NCBI GenBank assembly: GCA_963785235.1
Contig: CAWAUM010000007.1
Coordinates: forward strand, 160,001 to 224,000
Direction: 5' to 3'
From: an uncultured delta proteobacterium
Lineage (GTDB): Bacteria > Desulfobacterota > Desulfomonilia > UBA1062
Length of the DNA: 64,000 nucleotides
Below are positions 43,508 to 57,444 of the stretch, one piece after another. Under the pieces are notes generated by a model that ran no database searches, was not told the DNA's origin, and saw only the letters and a list, made by a program, of their open reading frames with translations. Position 1 is the stretch's first letter; every line of letters begins with the position of its first letter. A program made the position numbers and the translations under genes.

Positions 43508-43523
43508 AGCAAAATAGGTGCCA
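43508..43523 (-). promoter_or_regulatory. Sigma54 promoter of the glutamate synthase module
   Basis: Minus strand TGGCAC-CTATT-TTGCT, a perfect consensus match. Confidence 0.88.
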
Positions 43524-43820
43524 GGACCTGTGTTTCATCCCCGGAGCCTCTCATGATTAGATTTCATCCTTTCATGCCGCTTGGGCCTGGTGTGTATCAA
43601 AGTCGGAATTCACCCTTCAGGTGGTGTTGCCTACAACAATCCATTATGGGTATCAACACCTTTTGCTACCGGAAAAGGACACAAAAGCACCCCAATATTT
43701 CGTAACTTGCTGATAATATAAAGTATAATGGTCAATATACCCTTTAATATTGCTTGGCCATATTGTATTAAACATAGTAGAAACAATGAGTTACTAATAT
43801 AACGGCAAGATGAAAAAGAT

Positions 43821-43862
43821 ACAAAAATGGACTGTATAAAAATATATTTGAAACAATTATGA
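43821..43862. promoter_or_regulatory. Candidate tandem enhancer sites (ACA-N4-TG)
   Basis: ACAAAAATGG (43821) and ACAATTATGA (43853). A further ACAAATATGT lies at 44000-09. Confidence 0.5.
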
Positions 43863-44066
43863 ACCAAACCTCGTTCCGGAAGCCAATACCATTCCTCAAT
43901 TGGCATTATCATCATAATAATTAATGGTTACATGAAAAAGTAAATATCAATAAAGGGTGAAGTAGGAATGGAAGGAAGGTTTGATGTTTCAACATATAAA
44001 CAAATATGTACAGAAACATGTAAGCCCCGATGGGGTATATGCCACGTCGTAGCAGCAACAGCCGTT

Positions 44067-45735
44067 CTACTTGTAGCTGTCTTTATGCACGTCTCTGACC
44101 GCCCGGCCTGAAGGATCGATCATGTTGGCGAACTGTTCATCCCACTTGATGGCAGTCGGGGTGGAACAGGCTACCGAAGGGCCCTCGGGCACGCAGCGGG
44201 CGGCACTGTCCAGGGGAAAGAATTCCTGGAAGATTGACCGGTAATAATATCCCTCTTTGGTAACGGGTGTATTGATGGGGAAACGGAATCGTGCGTTTTC
44301 CATCTGGGTATCGCTGACCATTTTATCAGCGATTTCACGCAGGTTATCAATCCAGCTGTAACCTACGCCGTCGGAAAATTGCTCTTTCTGGCGCCAGGCA
44401 ACCTCGGGAGGCAGATAATCCTCGAAGGCCTTTCTCAAGATATGTTTCTCCATCCGGCCATTTTTGCACATTTTGTCTTCCGGATTGAGTCGCATGGCAA
44501 TGTCCATGAATTCCTTGTCCAAAAAAGGCACCCGGCCTTCCACGCCCCACGCGGCCAGCGACTTATTGGCGCGAAGGCAGTCATATTTGCTGAGCATGGA
44601 GAGTTTGCGCACCGTTTCCTCGTGAAACTCCTTTGCATCGGGCGCCTTGTGAAAATACAGATAACCGCCGAAAATCTCGTCAGCCCCTTCACCGGAGAGC
44701 ACCATCTTGACCCCCATGGACTTGATCTTGCGCGACATCAGGTACATGGGCGTGGATGCCCTGATGGAGGTCACATCATAGGTTTCTATGTGATATATCA
44801 CATCGCGCACGGCATCGAGACCTTCCTGGACCGTAAAGGTGAAATTATGGTGTATGGAGCCGATGTGGTCGGCTACCTTCTGGGCTGCCGCCAGATCCGG
44901 CGAACCGTCAAGGCCGATGGCAAAGGAGTGCAGCTGGGGCCACCAGGCATCCTTCAAGCCGCTGCTCTCCACTCGCTTGGCCGAATACTTCTTGGCAATG
45001 GCCGCAGTAATCGAACTGTCAAGACCGCCTGAAAGCAGCACGCCATAAGGTACGTCGCACATGAGCTGGCGTTCTACTGCCTCTTCCAGGGCCCGTCTGA
45101 GGTCTTTAATGCTGCTTTTGTTGTCTTTGACATTGTCATATTCCATCCAGTCCCGCTTGTAATATTCCTTGGGTGCGCCGTCTTTGCTGGAGAGATAATG
45201 CCCGGGGGGAAATTCGCTTATGGTGTTGCATACCCCAATCAGGCCTTTCATCTCGGAGGCCACATAGAAGTTGCCGTGTTCGTCGTGACCGGTATACAAG
45301 GGGCAGATACCTATATGGTCGCGGCCGATCAGGTAGACTGTCGTTTTCCGAGTCATAGAGTGCAAAGGCGAAGATTCCATTCAGGTCTTCCAGAAAATCA
45401 ATGCCCTTCTGCCGATAAAGCGCCAGGATGATCTCGCAGTCCGATTCTGTCATAAAATCATAAGGAGCGTTCAGACTTTTTTTGAGATCCTTATGGTTAT
45501 AGATTTCACCGTTTACTGCAAGGGCCACCTTGCCGTCAGAGGTGCGAAGAGGCTGGGCACCGGTGTTGACATCGACGATAGATAGCCGTTCATGGGCCAG
45601 AATGGCCCTTTCATTCACATAGATACCGCTCCAGTCCGGTCCGCGGTGACGCTGCTTGCGGCTCATCTCCAGGGCCTGGTTGCGGAGTTCCTTTATATCT
45701 GTCTTGATATCAAAAATACCGAGTATGGAACACAT
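44067..45735 (-). CDS. asnB: Asparagine synthetase B (frameshift near 45340)
   Basis: MCSILG, RHRGPD, NGEIYN, LLSGGLDSS, SGEGADE and WRQKEQFSDG motifs. Confidence 0.93.
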
Positions 45736-45819
45736 GGTTAATCCTTCATTCGCTGTATTTTAATTTCAAAAACATTATTAGTATTTATTATGCCAGGCAA
45801 GCAGTTTCTCTTGATCAGC

Positions 45820-48661
<2,842 letters not shown>

Positions 48662-48676
48662 TCACCTCTCTTATTT

Positions 48677-48699
48677 GTAGGAGCGGCTTTAGCCGCGAT
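48677..48699 (+). repeat. GTAG-family REP-like palindrome
   Basis: GTAG-GA-GCGGCT-TT-AGCCGC-GAT in the amtB-glnK spacer. Confidence 0.6.
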
Positions 48700-48718
48700 T
48701 GTGTAACAACCCCAGCGT

Positions 48719-49924
48719 CTATCTGAGATAATACCCGGCCTCGCCATGCATGCTCTGATCAAGGCCCACCTCTTCGGATTCTTCATCAACGCGCAGTCCA
48801 ATGACCTTCTTCACGATGAGCAGAATAATGCTGGTCATGACGAACGAGAAAACGATAGCGGTTATCGAAGCGATGACCTGTACCCATAACTGACGCGGAT
48901 TGCCATAGAAGAGCCCGGTGCCGCCGACAGAAGCAAAGAGTCCTGTTGCGATCGCGCCCCACAAGCCGCCCACTCCGTGTACGCCAACTACATCAAGGGA
49001 ATCGTCATAGCCCAGCTTCTCTTTTGCAAGGATCGCAAAGTAGCAGAGCATTCCTGCAACAAAGCCGATGAGGGTTGCGGGAAGAGGAGTAACAAATCCC
49101 GCTGCCGGTGTAATGGCTACAAGGCCTGCCACGGCACCGGAAGCAAAACCCAGCGTAGTCGGTCTGCCGCGCATGATCTTTTCAAAGATTATCCAGGATA
49201 ACGCAGCTGCAGCAGTTGCCATGTGTGTGGCGAAGAAGGCAAGGCCTGCAACACCATTTGCAGCCAACGCGCTGCCTGCATTGAATCCGAACCATCCGAA
49301 CCAGAGGATGGCTGCACCGATCATGGTCATGGTAAGGTTGTGGGGATAGAAGGGTTCTTTGCGATACCCTTTGCGTTTACCGACTATCATGGCTGCAGAG
49401 AGTGCACCGACCCCGGCAAGTATGTGTATTACCGTACCGCCTGCGAAATCAAGGGCACCAAGTTTGCCCAGCCATCCTCCGCCCCATACCCAGTGACACA
49501 TGGGCAGGTACACAATGGTGCTCCAGAGAATGGTAAAGAGTATGAATGCCGAGAACTTCATGCGCTCGGCAAATGCCCCGGTTATGAGGGCCGGGGTGAT
49601 GATGGCGAACATAAGTTGAAACGCGCAGTAAACAAGATGCGGTATTTTGTCTGAGTAAGGGCCTGGATTCATTCCTACACCAGTCAGGCCTGCCCAGTCA
49701 AGGGACCCTATCAGCCCTCCCATGTCCGGCCCGAAGGCCAGACTGTATCCGTAGAATACCCAAATGATGGATACGATACCCAGGCACATGAAACTCTGCA
49801 TTATCGTCCCGAGAACATTCTTTGTGCGCACCATTCCTGCATAGAACAGGCCGAGTCCTGGTGTCATGAGCATGACGAGCGCTGTTGAAACAAGCATCCA
49901 AGCTGTATCCCCTGAACTGATCAT
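48719..49924 (-). CDS. amtB: Ammonium transporter
   Basis: DTAWML, FQLMFA.ITPAL, DFAGGTVIH, WFGWFGFNAGS and DDSLDVVGVHG motifs. Confidence 0.97.
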   Translation of the reverse strand: MISSGDTAWMLVSTALVMLMTPGLGLFYAGMVRTKNVLGTIMQSFMCLGIVSIIWVFYGYSLAFGPDMGGLIGSLDWAGLTGVGMNPGPYSDKIPHLVYCAFQLMFAIITPALITGAFAERMKFSAFILFTILWSTIVYLPMCHWVWGGGWLGKLGALDFAGGTVIHILAGVGALSAAMIVGKRKGYRKEPFYPHNLTMTMIGAAILWFGWFGFNAGSALAANGVAGLAFFATHMATAAAALSWIIFEKIMRGRPTTLGFASGAVAGLVAITPAAGFVTPLPATLIGFVAGMLCYFAILAKEKLGYDDSLDVVGVHGVGGLWGAIATGLFASVGGTGLFYGNPRQLWVQVIASITAIVFSFVMTSIILLIVKKVIGLRVDEESEEVGLDQSMHGEAGYYLR

Positions 49925-49961
49925 TTTATATCCCCCTTTCTTGCGTTATGATTAAGGTGAT

Positions 49962-49977
49962 AGCAACAGGGATGCCA
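49962..49977 (-). promoter_or_regulatory. Sigma54 promoter of amtB-glnK-glnD-asnB
   Basis: Minus strand TGGCAT-CCCTG-TTGCT. Confidence 0.85.
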
Positions 49978-50048
49978 TGGAGGATAAATGTTGCTAACCT
50001 ATTGAAAATAAAATGATTAAAAGCAATCTTCAGTGTTTTTAAAAGGCG

Positions 50049-50088
50049 ACATAAATGTGTAAATTATAAAAAAATGGTACTAAATTGA
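50049..50088. promoter_or_regulatory. Candidate tandem enhancer sites (ACA-N4-TGT)
   Basis: ACATAAATGT (50049) and ACTAAATTGA (50079), 30 bp apart. Confidence 0.55.
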
Positions 50089-50171
50089 ATTTAATTGATG
50101 TACATGGATCAAGATTGTATATTTTGACTCGATGAAGTAGACTGATTTACACCAAAGATGGGAGAGTAAAC

Positions 50172-51692
50172 ATGATGCCATTCAGTTACGAAGACCTTGA
50201 AGTACTGCATGACCTGGCAAAGATACTTGCAACCACGGTTGATCTGAGGGAACAGCTCGAGAAGGTGCTCAACGAGCTCAGTTCCGGAACAGGAATGAAC
50301 AGGGCCATGATTTCAATACTTGACCGCGATACAGGAATGGCTATCCTCGATGTGGCACACGGCGTCGAGATCGATGGTCTGGATATAACCTATATGCCCG
50401 GCGAGGGTATCACCGGTCAGGTAGCCCAGACCGGCAAGCCCATGGTCATCACCAACCTTGGCAAGGATAAACAGTTCCTCGACCGTACCGGTGCAAGGCG
50501 GGGGCTGAACCAGTCCGAGCTATCGTTCCTGTGCGTCCCGATAATGTATGACGACAAGGTCGTGGGGGTTCTCTCGGCAGACAAGGTTGCACGGGAGGTG
50601 GACAACCAGGATTACGAGCTGAAGCTCCTGGTCGAGGTGGCGGAGCTTATTGCCAAGGCAGTACATACGCGGGCTATTGAGGAGGAAAACAGCAGGCTTC
50701 GGAATATTCTCGGCAGGACCCAGAGACCCTCGGATGACATCATGGGAAATTCAAAGACCATGAAGGAGGTCTTTGGCCTTATTTCGCAGGTAGCCGATTC
50801 CAGCACCACCGTGTTTATCCATGGAGAAACCGGCACGGGAAAAGAACTGGTGGCACGTGCCATACACAAGAACAGCCCCAGGGGGAAAGGGCCTTTTGTT
50901 GAGGTGAACTGCGCGGCTATGCCCGATACCCTTATTGAGAGTGAGCTGTTCGGGCATGAAAGAGGGGCCTTCACAGGGGCAAATCAGAAAAGGCGTGGGC
51001 GTTTCGAGGAAGCCAACGGCGGGACGATCTTTCTTGACGAGGTTGGAGAGCTTTCTCCTCTGGCCCAGGCCAAGCTTCTACGGGTAATTCAGGAGCGGCA
51101 GTTTCAACCTCTTGGCTCGAACTCCATGGTCAAGGTGAATGTGAGGATAATTACTGCAACGAACAGTGACCTGGTGCAGGATGTTGCTTCAGGGAAATTC
51201 AGATCTGACCTTTATTACCGGCTTAACGTTTTCCCCATCTACATGCCGCCTCTTAGGGACAGGGGTGGCGACATTATCCTTCTGTCAGACTATTTTGTTG
51301 AGAAATACTCCAAGCAGTTCAACAAATCCATAAAACGCATTTCCACCCCGGCCATAGACCTACTGCTCGCATACCACTGGCCCGGCAATGTGCGGGAGCT
51401 TGAAAACTGCCTTGAAAGGGCGGTTCTCATCACCAGGAACGACACCATTGACAGCGTACATCTTCCCCCATCCCTGCAGATGAAGGTGGCAATCCCTGAA
51501 AAGAAAGAGCATGGCAAGCTGACCAGTCTGGTAAATATATACGAACGGTCGCTGATCATTGATGCAATGAAAACCGCTAAAGGCAACCAGAGCCAGGCAG
51601 CCAGGCTTCTGGGCACGACCAAACGTATTATCCAATATAAGGTTGAGAAGTACTCCCTTGACACAAAAAGGTTTAAATTAAAAAAGACTTAA
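50172..51692 (+). CDS. NifA-like GAF-AAA+-HTH sigma54 activator
   Basis: GAF (GEGITGQV, SFLCVPI..VVGVL), GETGTGKE, GAFTGA, WPGNVREL and HTH AARLLGTTKRIIQYK. Confidence 0.9.
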   Translation: MMPFSYEDLEVLHDLAKILATTVDLREQLEKVLNELSSGTGMNRAMISILDRDTGMAILDVAHGVEIDGLDITYMPGEGITGQVAQTGKPMVITNLGKDKQFLDRTGARRGLNQSELSFLCVPIMYDDKVVGVLSADKVAREVDNQDYELKLLVEVAELIAKAVHTRAIEEENSRLRNILGRTQRPSDDIMGNSKTMKEVFGLISQVADSSTTVFIHGETGTGKELVARAIHKNSPRGKGPFVEVNCAAMPDTLIESELFGHERGAFTGANQKRRGRFEEANGGTIFLDEVGELSPLAQAKLLRVIQERQFQPLGSNSMVKVNVRIITATNSDLVQDVASGKFRSDLYYRLNVFPIYMPPLRDRGGDIILLSDYFVEKYSKQFNKSIKRISTPAIDLLLAYHWPGNVRELENCLERAVLITRNDTIDSVHLPPSLQMKVAIPEKKEHGKLTSLVNIYERSLIIDAMKTAKGNQSQAARLLGTTKRIIQYKVEKYSLDTKRFKLKKT

Positions 51693-51706
51693 AGAGTGAT
51701 GGGGGT

Positions 51707-54689
51707 ATGATCTTGAAACTGAAAGAACGTGAGCTGTCCATTCAATATCACCTGAATTTCAAGCTATTCCTGGAGCTGATGGCCACCAAGATCCGCGAGA
51801 TCCTGCTGGTATCGAGTCCTTATGATGCGTTCATCATAGAGGAGGACGTGACTCTGGCCTCACGGATCATCAGCGAATACAGCGGCCTGAACCTGTCCCA
51901 ACCCCCACGGGTGACAAGGACCTCCTCTGCCCTTGATGCCTTGAAACTCCTGGAAGAGAAGTCCTTCGACGTTGTCATAACCATGCCGCACCTTGAAGAC
52001 ATGGATGCCTTTACCCTGGGCAGAAAGATCAAGCAGAAGAAGCCTCATCTTCCTGTCTACCTGCTGGCCCATAGTCTCAGAGGTTTTCAGTTATCCACCG
52101 AGGACAACCAGCACGAAGGCATTGACAAGGTCTTCATCTGGTCGGGAAACGCCGACCTGCTGCTGGCCATCATCAAGAGTACGGAAGACGCCTTGAACGT
52201 CGATTATGACACAGCTCGGGCCCAGGTTCGCGTGCTCATCTTCGTTGAGGATTCCCCGCTCTATTATTCATCCCTCCTGCCCATTTTCTACAAGGAGGTC
52301 GTGCGGCAGATCCAGACGGTCCTTGAGCTTGGAGTTAACGAGGAGGAACGGCTGCTGATCATGCGCACCAGGCCCAAGATTCTGCTGGCCCGGAACTTTG
52401 AAGAGGCATCTGCGCTGTACGAAAAATACCAGAGCTTCCTGCTGGGCATCATATCGGATACACGCTTTCCCAAGCAGGGCAAGCTGCAGGGGAATGCCGG
52501 CATAGAGCTCCTTACAAGGGCCAGGCAGGAGATGCCCTATCTGCCCTTGCTCCTGTTCAGCTCTGAACCGGAGAACAGGCCCAGGGCAGACATGATCCCT
52601 GCGGTTTTTCTCGACAAGAACTCACCTAATCTTCTGTCCGAGATACACGATTTCTTTCTGAACAGTCTCGGGTTCGGCGAGTTCATATTCCGCATGCCCG
52701 ACGGTACCGAGGTGGGCAGGGCATGCAAGCTCGGCATGTTCGAGGAGATGCTCACCGAGATACCCGACGAGTCTTTATGCTATCATATGGAGCGCAAACA
52801 CTTTGCCAACTGGGTTATGATGCGCTCCGAGATAGCTCTCGCCTCCTCCTTGGGTGACATCTCCTGCGATGGATTCTGTTCAACGCAAGATCTGCGGCAG
52901 TACATCATATCTTTGATCCACCTCGTGCGCAAATGGCGTCAAAAGGGAGTGGTTTCCATCTTCAACCCGAAGGAATTCAATATCGACCTTCTGGATTTTG
53001 CCAAGATCGGCCATGGGTCTCTGGGTGGCAAGGCCCGCGGCCTGGCTTTCATGTCAACCATGCTGCAGGGCGATATATCTCTCCATGAGAAATATCCTTC
53101 GGTCACGATCCAGATCCCCCAGACAATCGTGATCGGAACGGATGTCTTCGAGGATTTTGTCGAGCGCAACAATCTCAAGCACTTCGCCTCGGATGGATTC
53201 ACCAACCAGGAGGTCGCTGATGCCTTTATGAAGGCCGAGATGCCCCCTGAGCTTGTCAATGACCTTCAGGCATACCTGGAGCAGGTTGTCTACCCACTGT
53301 CCGTGCGCTCGTCGAGCCTGCTGGAAGACGCCCAGTTCCAGCCTTATGCAGGGCTCTACGAGACCTACATGATCCCCAACAATGACCATGATTTTTTCAA
53401 AAGGCTCGAACACCTCATCGATGGCCATCAAGCTGGTATATGCATCCACCTATTACGAGAGCCCCAAGGCCTTTGCAAAAAGCACCTCCAGCCAGGCCAA
53501 GGACGAATCCATGGCCGTGGTTGTCCAGCAGCTGGTCGGCGAGGTGTATGGGGAATACTACTATCCTGCCATCTCGGGGGTGGCCCAGTCTCACAACTTC
53601 TATCCCGTGGCGCACATGAAGCCTGAGGAGGGGATCGTGCAGATGGCCCTGGGGTTCGGAAAAACCGTGGTGGAAGGAGAAAAATCGCTGCGCTTTTCTC
53701 CCAAGTATCCCGAGATCCTTCCTCAGTTTTCTACGGTGGACGACATCATCACCAATTCCCAGCGCTTCTTTTACTCGCTCAGGATCAAGAACCACGTGGA
53801 AGGCATGAGCCTGGGCGAGCATTCCAACCTCGAGAAGCGCGATGTCTACGACGCCCGGAACGAATACCCCATTGAAGCCTGTGCGAGCACATATGACCCG
53901 GAGGAACATCGCATCAGGGACACGAGCGAAGGTGCGGGAGGCAAGATCATCACATTCTCCCAGATACTCAAGTACCAGGGGCTGCCTTTGCCTTCCATCA
54001 TCTCGGATATCCTGGAGCTTGCCCGCAGGAATATGGGCTGCGCCGTGGAGATTGAGTTTGCGGTAAACCTGAAACCCGAAGCCCCTCTCACCTGTGATTT
54101 CTACCTACTCCAGGTAAGGCCCATGGTGACCGAGGAGGCGCGCTTCGAAGTGGAGATATCCGCCATGGAACTGCAAAAGGCCGTGTGCAGTTCAGGCCTG
54201 GCACTTGGTAACGGCAAGAGACAGGACATGGCAGACATCATCTTTGTCAAACCCGATGCCTTCAAGCTGGAGGCCACCATGGACATAGCCGAGGAAGTGG
54301 GGAAGATCAATGCGCAGCTGATTCAGAAGAAGCTCCCTTACCTCCTCATCGGTCCGGGAAGGTGGGGCTCCTTTGACCGGTGGCTGGGCATCCCTGTCCA
54401 GTGGCGGCATATCTCGGGTGTGGGGGCGATCCTGGAACTGCGTGGCCTGTTGCTCAGGGCCGATCCATCCCAGGGATCACACTTCTTCCAGAATATCACC
54501 TCGCTGGGCATTCCCTACGTGACCGTAACCGAGGGCACTGAAGACTTCCTCGACTGGAAGTGGCTTGAGTCGCTTTCTGTAATTACAGAAACAACCTATC
54601 TTAAACATGTACGACTTGCCGAGCCACTGGTGATAAAGATCAACGGCAGGAAATCCAGTTGCGTCATGTATGAGGCATTTGAGGCATGA
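51707..54689 (+). CDS. PEP/pyruvate-binding (PPDK_N ATP-grasp) domain protein with receiver-like N-terminus (frameshift near 53420)
   Basis: REC-like segments (ILLVSSPYD, VLIFVEDS); GGKARGL, VRSSSLLED, MAVVVQ and EIEFA..LLQVRP; C-terminal GPGRWG...SQGSHFFQN. Confidence 0.85.
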
Positions 54690-54722
54690 ACCCAAAGGAA
54701 AACATCCAAAGGCGGAGGCACC

Positions 54723-57314
54723 GTGGGTAAATTTGTTGAACGGGTAAGTACGGGTCTTGAGAACCTCGATCAGATCATCGACTCTCTGCGGACAGGAGAC
54801 AATGTGGTCTGGCAGGTGGATTCCATCGATGATTATCGATCCTTTGTGACGCCCTTTGTGCGCCGGGCCATTTCACAGCGGCGCAAGGTCGTGTATATGC
54901 GCTTTGCGCAGCACCAGCCGCTCATTGAAAACGAGCCCGGGGTAACCACCTATGTGCTCGATGCATACAGCGGATTCGAGTCTTTTTCCAGCCAGGCATA
55001 CACCCTCTTCACAAAAGAAGGGGAAGATGTGTTCTATGTTTTCGACTCCCTGTCCGATCTCCTGTCCGCCTGGGCCACGGACCTGATGATCGGCAACTTC
55101 TTCAGGATCTCCTGCCCCTACCTTTATAAGCTCAATACCGTGGCCTTTTTCGCCATCCTGCGCAATTACCATTCCTTCAAGACCGTTGCCAGGATCCGGG
55201 AGACCACCCAGGTGTTGATCGATGTGCATAACGTGGATGCCCATATCTACGTACACCCGCTCAAGGTGATAGGGCGCCATTCACCCACCATGTTCATCCC
55301 GCACAAGAAGCACGGGGAACGGTTCATACCCATCACGAGCAGCGTGGACACGGGACGGCTGTTTTCCAGCATATCAAAGAGGGAAACCGATGAGACGAAG
55401 AGGAATCTGGACTATTGGGATCGCCTCTTCCTGAAGGTTGAGGCTCTTGTGGGAACCAGCGGTTCCAGGAAGGAAAAGAAACAGCTCCTGAGGCACCTGT
55501 GCGAGATCATCGTGGGCCGTGAGAAGAGGATACTCGACCTGGCAGTCAGTCACTTCTCCCTGGAGGATCTCCTCAACATCAAGACCAGGCTTATCGGCAC
55601 AGGCTACATCGGCGGCAAGGCGGCTGGCATGCTCCTGGCGAGGAAGATCCTCTCCGCTGAGAAGTCCTTTAAATGGAATGACTGGCTCGAACCTCACGAC
55701 TCCTTTTATATCGGCTCCGATGTCTTCTACACCTATATTGTGGAGAACGGCTGGTGGAACCTGCGCATGGAGCAGAAAAACCGGGACGAATACTTCTCCG
55801 CTGCTCGAAAACTGCGCATCTACATGCTTGAAGGGAACTTTCCTGAAGAGATTGAGGAACAGTTCTGGCGCATGATCGAGTACTTCGGGCAGTCACCCTT
55901 CATAGTTCGGTCGAGCAGTCTGCTTGAAGATGCCTTCGGAAACGCCTTTGCGGGAAAATACGAGAGCATCTTCTGTGTCAATCAGGGCTCTCCGGAGCAG
56001 CGCTTCGTAAAATTCAGGGAGAATGTGCGCAGGGTATATTCAAGCATGATGAACGAGGATGCGCTCACCTACCGCCTCCAGCGCGGGCTCGACCAGCACG
56101 ACGAACAGATGGCACTGCTGGTCCAGCGGGTCTCCGGGTCTTTCCACCGGAATTATTTTATGCCCGATATGGCAGGTGTGGGTATCTCGTACAACACCTT
56201 TGCCTGGGGAAAGGACATGGACCCAAAGGCAGGGATGCTGCGCATTGTCCTGGGGCTCGGAACCAGGGCGGTAAACCGGCTGGACAATGACTATCCCCGC
56301 ATTGTAGCGCTGGACGCCCCCCTGGTAAAACCATACAGCGACATAGGGGATGTGAGGAAGTATTCCCAGCACGAGGCCGATGTGCTGGACATTGTCAGCA
56401 ACGATATCGTGAACATTACGGTATCACAGGCCTTGGCATCCGGCATGAAGGTTCCCCTTGAGCTCATTGGAATCCAGGATCGTGGTGCGGACGGCGTGAC
56501 ATTAGACCAGGATAATGATGCCGACCACAGGCGGCTGATCACCTTCGACGGAGTCCTTTCAGAAACAGCTCTCACGGACATCATGTCCCGTATGCTCAAA
56601 ACCCTGGAAAAGGTCTATGATTATCCGGTAGATATCGAATTCACCATTAACTTCACCGGGGAAAGAAGCTTTGCAGTCAATCTTGTCCAGTGCAGACCGC
56701 TGCAGACAAAGGGCGAAGGAAAACGGGTGAGCATGCCTGAGGGTATCACGGAGCACGATATCTTCTTTCAAACCGAGGGTAACTTCATGGGAAGCAACAC
56801 CATACAGCCCATCAGGCGCATCATCTATGTGGACCCCGAAGGCTACAGTGCGCTTCCGCTCACACAGAAATACGATATCGCGCGTCTCATCGGAAAGATC
56901 AACAAGGGTATCCCTGACCGGCAGGGCATGCCGACCATGCTCCTGGGGCCGGGGAGATGGGGTACGACTACGCCCTCGCTTGGTGTGCCGGTCCGGTTTT
57001 CAGAGATCAACAATGTCTGTCTTATGGTGGAGCTCGCCTATATGAGGGAAGGCCTCATGCCGGATCTTTCCTTCGGCACCCATTTTTTTCAGGACCTCGT
57101 GGAAACGGATATCTTCTATGTTGCCCTCTTTCCGGATGCACATCACTCAGCGATCAATATGGCCATGCTTCGCCAGGGACCAAATATGCTGAAAGAGATT
57201 CTCCCGGAGCTGGAGAAGTATGAAAACGTCGTCTTCATCAGGGATCTGAAAGACACTTGTTATTATCTCTTTTCCGATGTCGTATCACAAAAAGTGGTAT
57301 GCTTTCGTAGATAG
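54723..57314 (+). CDS. PEP/pyruvate-binding (PPDK_N ATP-grasp) domain protein with degenerate KaiC/RecA-like N-terminus
   Basis: VSTGLENLDQII..GDNVVW with no Walker A, and VFDSLS; GGKAAG, VRSSSLLED..FAGKYES and DIEF..VQCRP; GPGRWG...SFGTHFFQD. Confidence 0.85.
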   Translation: MGKFVERVSTGLENLDQIIDSLRTGDNVVWQVDSIDDYRSFVTPFVRRAISQRRKVVYMRFAQHQPLIENEPGVTTYVLDAYSGFESFSSQAYTLFTKEGEDVFYVFDSLSDLLSAWATDLMIGNFFRISCPYLYKLNTVAFFAILRNYHSFKTVARIRETTQVLIDVHNVDAHIYVHPLKVIGRHSPTMFIPHKKHGERFIPITSSVDTGRLFSSISKRETDETKRNLDYWDRLFLKVEALVGTSGSRKEKKQLLRHLCEIIVGREKRILDLAVSHFSLEDLLNIKTRLIGTGYIGGKAAGMLLARKILSAEKSFKWNDWLEPHDSFYIGSDVFYTYIVENGWWNLRMEQKNRDEYFSAARKLRIYMLEGNFPEEIEEQFWRMIEYFGQSPFIVRSSSLLEDAFGNAFAGKYESIFCVNQGSPEQRFVKFRENVRRVYSSMMNEDALTYRLQRGLDQHDEQMALLVQRVSGSFHRNYFMPDMAGVGISYNTFAWGKDMDPKAGMLRIVLGLGTRAVNRLDNDYPRIVALDAPLVKPYSDIGDVRKYSQHEADVLDIVSNDIVNITVSQALASGMKVPLELIGIQDRGADGVTLDQDNDADHRRLITFDGVLSETALTDIMSRMLKTLEKVYDYPVDIEFTINFTGERSFAVNLVQCRPLQTKGEGKRVSMPEGITEHDIFFQTEGNFMGSNTIQPIRRIIYVDPEGYSALPLTQKYDIARLIGKINKGIPDRQGMPTMLLGPGRWGTTTPSLGVPVRFSEINNVCLMVELAYMREGLMPDLSFGTHFFQDLVETDIFYVALFPDAHHSAINMAMLRQGPNMLKEILPELEKYENVVFIRDLKDTCYYLFSDVVSQKVVCFRR

Positions 57315-57444
57315 CAATGAGTCGCTTGAACAGGGTTCAGCAAAGGAAATGATTGAGTGGATAGTTTTTATAGTATACCCTCAGAAAATACCGGCATTAA
57401 CCGGTGGGGATATATCCAAAAAATACTGTATGGAGGACGGTTAC

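Noticed and set aside
50172-51692. NifA-like gene as evidence of nitrogen fixation
   Set aside because: No nif genes are in the window; the context is ammonium assimilation.
51707-57314. Calling these genes ppsA or ppdK
   Set aside because: The C-terminal PEP/pyruvate barrel and the canonical GGxTSHAA motif are absent.
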